IMG/VR virus record: IMGVR_UViG_3300032103_000283
Span: 1-30,113 of that record
DNA from: a virus
Lineage: Duplodnaviria > Caudoviricetes
Direction: 5' to 3' (one strand)
Length of the DNA: 30,113 nucleotides
Both the position numbers and the translations under genes were made by a program. This document shows, one piece after another, positions 9,782 through 17,145 of this stretch (position 1 is the stretch's first letter; each line of letters starts with the position of its first letter). The notes beneath the pieces are model-generated. The model was not told the DNA's origin. It worked only from the letters and a program-made list of their open reading frames with translations, and did no database searches.

Positions 9782-9875
9782 TTTTCCCTCTAACACATTG
9801 CTATTTTCTTCCTGTATTTTATACACATTACCTTGATTGTTAGCTCTTCCATCTGAATAGTAATTGTTCAGTCGA

Positions 9876-10610
9876 TTACATCTCTAATAATGAAGTTATA
9901 TCATATAAGTGTAAAGGCAACTTCATTGATTTATACTCTTTTTGCTTATTATCTACCCAATAATTTGGATAAATTGGGATACCAAATTTTCCACTTAGTT
10001 CAATTAAGTTAAGCTCTTGCCATCTTTTCCCTTTCTCATAAAGGGATTTCAAAGTTTTTAATAACTGGGCATGTTTTAAGAAAACATTGTAATCTATAAC
10101 ATCGCTATCTCTGCACTCATGTAAATTTCTACCGTCAGTTGATTCAAGATATTCATGAGCTTCCCTAACATACCTACATCTTGATTTTCTCCAGATTCTA
10201 ATATGCGGGTCTAAATTTGAATTAACTATATACGTTCTTCTATTGTTAATTAACGTAATAGTAGGCAATCTTACTGCCGTTATATTTTTATCCATTATAA
10301 CATGTGCTAAGACTTCATCAATAGATTGGCTGTAAGTCTCATCAGCATCAATACCAAGAATTACACTGTTAGAAGCCAGCGATATGCAATAATTCCTCTG
10401 ATTGCAGAAGTTATCAAACTTCCGTGTCCTAAAAATAACTCGCTTATTACTAATCAGAATAAATGCTTCAATTATTTGAAGCGTATTATCAGTGCTATAG
10501 CTATCAACTATACAAATTTCGTCTATATTTTTGAGTGAGTTCAGGAATACAAGACAATACGGAAGCGTTTCTTCTTCATTATATGTTATAAGACATGCTG
10601 TTGCTCTCAT
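9876..10610 (-). CDS. Glycosyltransferase family 2 (WaaE/KdtX-like)
   Basis: LITYNEE, VDSYSTD.T, F..QRN, IDADE, HE motifs. Start placed at ATG 10610 just after a promoter (track start 10649). Confidence 0.88.
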   Translation of the reverse strand: MRATACLITYNEEETLPYCLVFLNSLKNIDEICIVDSYSTDNTLQIIEAFILISNKRVIFRTRKFDNFCNQRNYCISLASNSVILGIDADETYSQSIDEVLAHVIMDKNITAVRLPTITLINNRRTYIVNSNLDPHIRIWRKSRCRYVREAHEYLESTDGRNLHECRDSDVIDYNVFLKHAQLLKTLKSLYEKGKRWQELNLIELSGKFGIPIYPNYWVDNKQKEYKSMKLPLHLYDITSLLEM

Positions 10611-10615
10611 TTTAT

Positions 10616-10645
10616 ATTGTAACATGTTCACATTGAGCTTGTCAA
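10616..10645 (-). promoter_or_regulatory. sigma70-type promoter, probably leaderless
   Basis: TTGACA-N18-TACAAT with TGn extension, 5 nt before the ATG, no RBS. Confidence 0.7.
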
Positions 10646-10655
10646 GCATTCTTGC

Positions 10656-11051
10656 TTACTCAGATGTAAGAGAAACATTGACAATCTTTTTTTCTTTAAC
10701 AGCCTTTTTATCATAAATCTCGTTAATCTTATTTTTTATCTCAACCCGCCTATCGTTTATTTTTCTTATAGCTACTGCCCGTTTACCTATATCAGCATCA
10801 GCCATTGCAATACCTTTTCTAATATCAGCTTCTAAATTCCAAATACGTTGGTTTACTTGAGCAAGTTCACAAATAAGAGCTAATACAAAAGGCAAAGGGA
10901 AAGCGATTTTTAATCCATTCAAAATATTTTCATACTCCTGTTCGTAAAATTCGGGGTCATAGTTCATTTTCATAAGCAGAATTGTTAATCTATCAAGTAA
11001 CTCGCCTGTAGCCATTGGCATAACTTCACATTTATCGCATTTAGTTTCCAT
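10656..11051 (-). CDS. DUF6165-like helical protein
   Basis: GELLDRLTIL..K, L..VN..IW.LE.DIR, NDRR..IK.KIN, EKK pattern. Confidence 0.7.
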   Translation of the reverse strand: METKCDKCEVMPMATGELLDRLTILLMKMNYDPEFYEQEYENILNGLKIAFPLPFVLALICELAQVNQRIWNLEADIRKGIAMADADIGKRAVAIRKINDRRVEIKNKINEIYDKKAVKEKKIVNVSLTSE

Positions 11052-11052
11052 T

Positions 11053-11760
11053 CTACCCCTCCATTATTAGCTCATGAACCATTTCGGCGTATTTTTTGCC
11101 AATAAAATTCCACTCCTGCTTTCTAATATCAAGATTATCCCTTAAAATATCATAAAACTCATTTCTACTCTCAACAGATAGCTTATCCCCTGTTCCAAGA
11201 TGTTTGTGAAATATTTCTACATCTGTTTTAACTTCAAACCCAGAATATCTTGCATACGCTTCCCAACATCTATCTACAGAAGGGTTACTTCCTAATGAAA
11301 AAATCCCACCTAAAATATTATAAAGTTTTCTCGATATAGCAGGGCAAGAAAAACGAAAGCCGTTATGTTTACCTTCTTCTGGCGTTGTTATTTTTGCTGA
11401 AGCTACAGAATACGGATTATTTTTTAGAGCTTCTCTATACTTTAAATCCCAATCCTTTGACATCATTTCCATATCATCATTATATTGAATAATCACATCT
11501 CCGATTGCTGCCCTTGCACACATATCAATCATTTTCCAGTTATCAGCATAACCATTACCCCTTGAACCAATAAGATAAAAATACTTAAAAAATGATTGTT
11601 CCATAATAAAATTTAGATAATCATATACTGTTAAATCATCGCTATCAAGCCTTACTACAACTTCAACTTTAGAAGGTTCGGCGGCTTTTTCAAATAATAA
11701 ATTACAGCAATGCTTGAAATCTTCAAATCTACTTCTTGATGGCATAATAATACTTATCAA
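11053..11760 (-). CDS. Glycosyltransferase, GT-A fold (GT2-like)
   Basis: ISIIMPSRSR, LDSDD, YNDD metal motif, WD, late H. TTG start with RBS GAGGGGG. Confidence 0.8.
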   Translation of the reverse strand: MISIIMPSRSRFEDFKHCCNLLFEKAAEPSKVEVVVRLDSDDLTVYDYLNFIMEQSFFKYFYLIGSRGNGYADNWKMIDMCARAAIGDVIIQYNDDMEMMSKDWDLKYREALKNNPYSVASAKITTPEEGKHNGFRFSCPAISRKLYNILGGIFSLGSNPSVDRCWEAYARYSGFEVKTDVEIFHKHLGTGDKLSVESRNEFYDILRDNLDIRKQEWNFIGKKYAEMVHELIMEG

Positions 11761-11794
11761 GTATTCCCCCTCAAAATATTCTTCTTATTTTTTC

Positions 11795-11854
11795 TTAGAC
11801 AAGAATTTTACCTTTTACTTTACAAACAGCCTCTACTAAAAAATGTTTATTCAT
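11795..11854 (-). CDS. Possible 19-aa micro-ORF (MNKHFLVEAVCKVKGKILV)
   Basis: Strong RBS GGGGAGGT 6 nt upstream, immediately after the previous stop. Confidence 0.3.
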   Translation of the reverse strand: MNKHFLVEAVCKVKGKILV

Positions 11855-11856
11855 CT

Positions 11857-12846
11857 TTATACCTCCCCTTCAAAATACGATTCATATAGTTCAATCGCCT
11901 CTATTGATTTTATTGGTAAAAACTTTTTCTTTGTTGCTTCAATGCCTTCATCCTGTAAACTCCGTAAAAAATTATAAGTATTTTTATAAGCAAATATTTC
12001 ATTCTCTAAATCAGATATTGACGATTCATATGTCCTGTCTTGGTAATGTATAACAGACGGAGTTCCATAAATAACACTATTTGGATGTTTTGCTTGGAAT
12101 AAATAAGATGCCCATATATCATCAGCCCTACCTATAAAAGGAATATTTGCTGGAAAGTCTTTAACTATGCTTCTGTGTATAAAAGTATTCTGGGTATTTA
12201 CAGGTGTAAATTTAAACTTTCCTGTAAATAATTTAGTTTTCTGCTCAAAATAGTCAATGAACGGAGACTTCGATATTCTATCAACAGCATCAATATCAGG
12301 GTCTCCAAACCATAAGTCCTCCCTGATAAGTGGGACTATTTTGCAAATAGAGGATGTAAAGCGATAGCCATAAGAAAAACTCGAACTACTTTTAAGTTGA
12401 TATGGAAATCCCCTATGAGTAAGTAGTTCAGTAGGAAAAGTAGGGACTTGCAAATAATAAATTTCTAATGGGTTAAAACATAAATTATTTAAATTTGTTT
12501 CATACATATTAATTTCCATTTCTTTGTTCAAAATTATATCTTTTCCCCAATGCTCTAAAGGAAAATTATCATCATCAATAGAGGCAATTATTTCTCCACC
12601 ATGCTTATACCCTTCAATAAAAGCTATCATTCTACCTCGTGCAACACTACAAGCACCAATTAAATCACAGAAAGGACGATAAATATCCATTTGTTCTTCC
12701 CAAGAAATATATCGACCCTGTTCCAATTTGTAATTGGGAGTTTTTGTATCTCCGACAACAATTAAATCCCAATCGCTTAAAGCATCATATGACTTAATAG
12801 CTATAGTAGGTTTATTTATAGTCGTTGTAACAATTACGTTTTTCAC
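11857..12846 (-). CDS. RGP/STELLO (GT75/DUF288)-like glycosyltransferase or NDP-sugar mutase
   Basis: IVTTTIN.PT, LIVVGD.KTP, IDDDN.P, GDPDIDA..R, NTQNT, GRADDIW..Y motifs. Confidence 0.78.
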   Translation of the reverse strand: MKNVIVTTTINKPTIAIKSYDALSDWDLIVVGDTKTPNYKLEQGRYISWEEQMDIYRPFCDLIGACSVARGRMIAFIEGYKHGGEIIASIDDDNFPLEHWGKDIILNKEMEINMYETNLNNLCFNPLEIYYLQVPTFPTELLTHRGFPYQLKSSSSFSYGYRFTSSICKIVPLIREDLWFGDPDIDAVDRISKSPFIDYFEQKTKLFTGKFKFTPVNTQNTFIHRSIVKDFPANIPFIGRADDIWASYLFQAKHPNSVIYGTPSVIHYQDRTYESSISDLENEIFAYKNTYNFLRSLQDEGIEATKKKFLPIKSIEAIELYESYFEGEV

Positions 12847-13850
12847 ACTAAGTATAATCCCCCATTATTATATAAACGTTCAAAATTTTCATGATGGTAG
12901 AAAAACTTACAATCTACCGTTGCACAATCTCGTCTCCTAATTTTTTTAATACAATTATAATGATGCTCAGAGAACCATAATTTATCGAAATCAGCTTCAA
13001 AGATATTACCAAGTTTCATTCCGTCCCTATTATAATAATAGCAACAAACATACATATTACCAAAATAATCAAATACAGTATGAATAGGTGTAAGCCAACA
13101 CTGCGGAATTTCACCAAAAGGTTTTATCCATTTCTTTACTTTAAGTTTACCAAATGGAAGTTTTGATAAAATAGAATCTTCATATATTTTTTCTTTAAGT
13201 GATAGCTCTTCAGGCTCATGTCTTAATGCTTTAAATGTTACTTGTTTTACTTTTAATTCATCAGCTAATACTAAAGCACTTAAATAATGAGTTACACCTC
13301 GCAGTGATTTTCCGACAGAAAATTTCAGAGTAAAATCTTCCATTCGTTTTGCAAGTTCTTCTGCCGCTAACAAAGCATCTACCCAATCAGCTATTCCTAC
13401 TTTTTTATAATTACAATATGTTGCAGCATTAGACGCTTCAAGAGAAATACGAACATATGTAGCATTTTTAGATAAGAAATCAACAAATTCTTGACCGTTA
13501 TTTATTATATTAGTCCCATTTGTAATAAGCCCAAAATAACAACCATTCATTCGTATTAACTTGAGCAGCTCATGCAGATAAGGAAGCATAGTTGGCTCTC
13601 CACCTCCAGCAAAATCAAAAAACTTAACTCCTTTTGAAATTAAAAGTTCTACAAGGGCAAAATGATTTTCTTTGCTCATTATCTTTCCATTATGAAGAGA
13701 GCTATATGCACATCCATTACATTTTTGATTACATGTATAACTTGTATGAAAATCTACAAAATGAGGCAAAGGAAAAGAACGCCAGTTTTTTTCCTCTAAA
13801 TCTTGTTTATATTTAATAATTTCATTCGCTCTGAAAATAATATTACTCAT
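12843..13850 (-). CDS. Radical SAM enzyme with SPASM/twitch domain
   Basis: CNQKCNGC (CxxxCxxC), GGGEPT, ITNG, RISL. C-terminal C...G..YVCC...GNI...W...C...C. Confidence 0.92.
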   Translation of the reverse strand: MSNIIFRANEIIKYKQDLEEKNWRSFPLPHFVDFHTSYTCNQKCNGCAYSSLHNGKIMSKENHFALVELLISKGVKFFDFAGGGEPTMLPYLHELLKLIRMNGCYFGLITNGTNIINNGQEFVDFLSKNATYVRISLEASNAATYCNYKKVGIADWVDALLAAEELAKRMEDFTLKFSVGKSLRGVTHYLSALVLADELKVKQVTFKALRHEPEELSLKEKIYEDSILSKLPFGKLKVKKWIKPFGEIPQCWLTPIHTVFDYFGNMYVCCYYYNRDGMKLGNIFEADFDKLWFSEHHYNCIKKIRRRDCATVDCKFFYHHENFERLYNNGGLYLV

Positions 13851-14626
13851 GTTCTTACCTTTTCGATATAAGTAAACATGTCGTTAACTAATTGGAGGTT
13901 TATAGGTTTAAAGTTTTCAAAATCTTTAGGTGTTATGTCTTCTACTCTACTATTATCATGGTCAAAATGATAGTGCTCATAAATTTGAGTTACTTCTGTT
14001 TTTTGTGTTAACCTTTCAAGTAAGTCGTTATCCAAATGCCAATTACCATGCACCATTTTATATCCACCAACCTTATCATACAAAGTTTTCGTCATTACAC
14101 AAAAATCACCAGCAGCCGTATGTGAGGTAGCAAGTGTCATAAAAGTATTTTGTTCTGCTTCGTAGCATAAATCATTATTTCTTCGTGTGCAATACTCTCT
14201 GAATATATCGTATCTTATTGCCCTTGATACCTTTCCTTTCAGCGAACTATCAATAACAGACAGAAAGTTACGGTTTGGAAAGATATTATCAGGGTTTGCA
14301 ACAATAATATGCTCATTCTTAGCAGAGTATATTCCAACATGTTTTGCTATGTATTCATAAAATGGAAGTTTAATATTAGAATCTTCTTTTAATAACTGAT
14401 GATATTTTTTAGTAATTGTAATTATTCTAACTTTTGGGAATTTACGCACATGTTCAATTATTCTTAACTTATCAGGAGCAAACTCAACAACAATAAGTTC
14501 AGTTATAGCTTTTATTTGCTCTACAGAAAAACAAGTAACTTCAAGCCGTCTCATAGTAAAATTATCTACATCTGCACATTTACCACCATAACTATCGTTT
14601 CTTGTTGCTATTACCATTGAGAACAT
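13847..14626 (-). CDS. Glycosyltransferase, GT-A fold
   Basis: VIATRNDSYGG, LIVVEF, EYIAKHVGI..A, NPDNIF, AAGDF, GGY, YHFDH. RBS AGGAG. Confidence 0.75.
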   Translation of the reverse strand: MFSMVIATRNDSYGGKCADVDNFTMRRLEVTCFSVEQIKAITELIVVEFAPDKLRIIEHVRKFPKVRIITITKKYHQLLKEDSNIKLPFYEYIAKHVGIYSAKNEHIIVANPDNIFPNRNFLSVIDSSLKGKVSRAIRYDIFREYCTRRNNDLCYEAEQNTFMTLATSHTAAGDFCVMTKTLYDKVGGYKMVHGNWHLDNDLLERLTQKTEVTQIYEHYHFDHDNSRVEDITPKDFENFKPINLQLVNDMFTYIEKVRT

Positions 14627-14724
14627 TTGTCTTTTGTCTCCTATTACTTGTAAGCGTTATTTGCTCGATTTTACATATCTGTGTTTTTTTTTCTCTGTTT
14701 GTCTGCCACACTGAACACAAACTT

Positions 14725-16269
14725 TCAACCTATGATTTCTTTTACGCTTTTGTAAACTTCATCAACAGTTATCGTATTAACACACTCAAAATTATTTGTG
14801 CAATGCACACTATAAGTTTGAACAAGATGAATACATCCTTGACATTTAATATCTGCAACTACTGGTTTTAGAATTTTAGAAGATAAATTAGCTACAAGTT
14901 CAGGTTTACATACCGTATATAACACAACTGCTGGTGTATCAACAGCTTGTGCTGCATGGGCTAAAAATCCATCATGTCCAACATAAATATCAGCAAAAAG
15001 AAGACTTGCTGCTGCTTCAGTTATACTTAATACGTTTAGCAATGACCAATCATATTCAACATAAATAGGTTTTTTAGTTTTTCCTACTAAAACTACCTTA
15101 ATTCCATCTGCTCGTAATTTTTTACTGAGTTTCTCATAATTACTATGATGCCATTGCTTTGCAGTCCATGTATCAGATAAGTCTAAAAAAGCTACTTTAT
15201 TTTCAAAAAAACTTTTATCTGGTAAATAATTTTGTAATATATTTTCAATCGCTGACTTAGGTGTATATAAAATACCTCTCTTTGATTTTACTTCAACATC
15301 AGCAACCTTAGCATAAGCATCAATTATATGTATTGAAAAATCTTTTTCATAGGCATAATCTAAATCTATTAATCTATCGAAGTAGCAAGGAAAACCGATA
15401 GGTAATTCAATATCTATAAGAGGATAACCAACAACTCCTTTTGCTTCAGTTAAAAGAATAATACTTGTATCTGGATATTTATTTCTTAATTGTTCAAGGA
15501 TAGGTGTAACAAGTAAAACATCCCCTAAACTTCCTGTTCTCTTAACTGCTATAGTTTCCCCAAACTTTTTCCCAACAATATAGCTATACCATTTTTTGAG
15601 AAATTTATGTTTATTAATTTCTCTTATAGCCCCAATTCCAATTACTTTTACTGAAGATTGTGCTCTATGGTGTTTCCATTTTAAAGAAACAGAAGAAAGC
15701 GAAAATCCCTGTTTTTTTAACCTAAATGATAAATCTGTATCTTCAAAATAACCTAACTTATAAGTTTCTGAATCGAAAAGCTCTTTTAAAAACAATTCAG
15801 TTCTCATAACAAAACAAGAACCTTCGCAATATTCAGGTTCGTCAATATCGACTCCAGCACCATCTCCGTATATATCAACAACATTACATTGACCGTTTTT
15901 TATACTTACTTGAGCAACGTTTGTGTTATTTATTAAAGGATTACACAATTTATGAACCCATTCTTCATAAAACTCGATATCGTCATTTAATACAGCAAAA
16001 TAAGGTTGAGTTGCATGTAAAACATTTAAGTTATGTGCTTCTCCGAACCCTACATTTTCATTTAAACAACTTTTATTAATAAGAATATGAATATGAGGAA
16101 TATATACTTTTGCAAGTCTTAATACTTCTTGTGTAATACTTTCATTTAAAGGAGAATTATTAAAAATAATAACCTGTTTTAATCCAGCATTATATTTTCT
16201 AAATGACTTAAATAAATTTGCAATCATTTGCAAATTTGGTTCATAAATAGCGATGCTTGCTGTAAGCAC
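14725..16269 (-). CDS. Bifunctional glycosyltransferase: N-terminal GT2 + C-terminal GT9 (heptosyltransferase-like)
   Basis: GT2: NVGFGEAHN, LNDD, GSCF, YFEDTDLS.R. GT9: RTGSLGDVLL.TP...LR.KYP, KQW, YVGHDG..AH.A.A...P.VVLY, C.GC...C...ITVDEV. RBS AAGGAGG. Confidence 0.9.
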   Translation of the reverse strand: MLTASIAIYEPNLQMIANLFKSFRKYNAGLKQVIIFNNSPLNESITQEVLRLAKVYIPHIHILINKSCLNENVGFGEAHNLNVLHATQPYFAVLNDDIEFYEEWVHKLCNPLINNTNVAQVSIKNGQCNVVDIYGDGAGVDIDEPEYCEGSCFVMRTELFLKELFDSETYKLGYFEDTDLSFRLKKQGFSLSSVSLKWKHHRAQSSVKVIGIGAIREINKHKFLKKWYSYIVGKKFGETIAVKRTGSLGDVLLVTPILEQLRNKYPDTSIILLTEAKGVVGYPLIDIELPIGFPCYFDRLIDLDYAYEKDFSIHIIDAYAKVADVEVKSKRGILYTPKSAIENILQNYLPDKSFFENKVAFLDLSDTWTAKQWHHSNYEKLSKKLRADGIKVVLVGKTKKPIYVEYDWSLLNVLSITEAAASLLFADIYVGHDGFLAHAAQAVDTPAVVLYTVCKPELVANLSSKILKPVVADIKCQGCIHLVQTYSVHCTNNFECVNTITVDEVYKSVKEIIG

Positions 16270-16296
16270 TGTAAATCCTCCTTTTAGGGCAGGTTA

Positions 16297-16408
16297 TGAC
16301 ATTCTCTGTCCACTAAACTGCTTTAGCAGTTATAGTAGTAGTCTCCTTGACATGAATACGACATATTGGAAGTGTTTGCTAATGACAGTATTGACCACCA
16401 AAGGCTAA
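16297..16408 (-). mobile_element. IS200/IS605 TnpB right-end (reRNA)-like remnant, unit 2
   Basis: The - strand ends ...GGAGACTACTACTATAACTGCTAAAGCAGTTTAGTGGACAGAGAATGTCA, a subterminal hairpin plus GAGAATGTCA terminus resembling TnpB right ends. No tnpB ORF. Confidence 0.5.
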
Positions 16409-16550
16409 GTGAACTACTCACAACTGACGCTGATGCTTCGCTGCAACCTGAGCATTTCTACTTAGGTTTTTTGAACCTACCAATTCCCTATTTTTAGTCT
16501 TCACTCGACCTCCAACCAATTCTGTTATTCTGAAATCTTCCAATTTCAGA
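16409..16550 (-). mobile_element. IS200/IS605 TnpB right-end (reRNA)-like remnant, unit 1
   Basis: The - strand ends GAAGC...TCAGTTGTGAGTAGTTCAC. Upstream hairpins ACCTAAGTA-GAAA-TGCTCAGGT and TCTGAAAT-N6-ATTTCAGA. The 5' boundary is uncertain. Confidence 0.5.
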
Positions 16551-16973
16551 CATTTTTGTTACCTTGTCATTTAAATACTTATTAGTAAGTATTTCTAAAA
16601 ATTCTTTCTCCCAATTATTACCACCAATATATAACAATATATGTAATATAACATCCGCAAGAGAGCTAAGATAAACAAGTGGATATTCACCTTCTCTAAC
16701 TGAAAAAGGAAATGAATCGTCTGTGTAATCAAAAGTTTTTTCATCGAGCATTGCATAGAACTTACAGAAGTTCTGTATTCCCTCTACAATTCTATCTGTA
16801 TATGGGTCTTTACTTTTTGAAAGCCATAAAGAGGTATTTGACAATTCTTTCATTATGAGCATGATATGTGTCATATGATACTCAGGACGAAGCCCTTGCC
16901 TTTTAGCGTAATCGCCATATTCAGTAAGTAAAGTCTCAAGCTCCATTAGCTTTAAATTTCTCCCAAACTCCAT
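16494..16973 (-). CDS. Degenerate MazG-like (all-alpha NTP pyrophosphohydrolase-like) protein
   Basis: LIMKELS and SSLADVILHIL resemble MazG E..E and ELAD helices with acidic residues lost. Alternative start ATG 16946. Confidence 0.45.
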   Translation of the reverse strand: MEFGRNLKLMELETLLTEYGDYAKRQGLRPEYHMTHIMLIMKELSNTSLWLSKSKDPYTDRIVEGIQNFCKFYAMLDEKTFDYTDDSFPFSVREGEYPLVYLSSLADVILHILLYIGGNNWEKEFLEILTNKYLNDKVTKMSEIGRFQNNRIGWRSSED

Positions 16974-17133
16974 ATGCTATTAAAATTTGTCTTAGCTGGC
17001 TTCTATCAGATAAACATAATCGTTCAGCGATTATCGAACTACTTAAATTATATTTTTCTCTAAGTTCAAGTGCTTTACTTGCAATATATTGTTTCCTTTC
17101 GTCTGTAAGTTTTTTCTTATATAAATCTGACAT
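16936..17133 (-). CDS. Small helix-turn-helix DNA-binding protein
   Basis: LSSSIIAERLCLSDRSQLRQIL HTH pattern. RBS AAGGGGG. Confidence 0.6.
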   Translation of the reverse strand: MSDLYKKKLTDERKQYIASKALELREKYNLSSSIIAERLCLSDRSQLRQILIAYGVWEKFKANGA

Positions 17134-17145
17134 TATCCCCCCTTC

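Noticed and set aside
9790-9852. 20-aa ORF MEELTIKVMCIKYRKKIAMC upstream of dut
   Set aside because: No RBS and no motif; cannot be told from chance.
8192-16269. Host LPS/capsule locus or a classical DNA hypermodification cassette
   Set aside because: No wzx/wzy/ABC exporter or sugar-activation genes, and the cluster is continuous with phage genes. No hydroxymethylase, TET/JBP or methylase in the window. DNA modification is not excluded if such genes lie outside it.
16270-16493. tRNA or riboswitch in the intergenic gap
   Set aside because: No cloverleaf/T-loop consensus and no riboswitch core that I recognise. IS200/IS605-end motifs explain it better.
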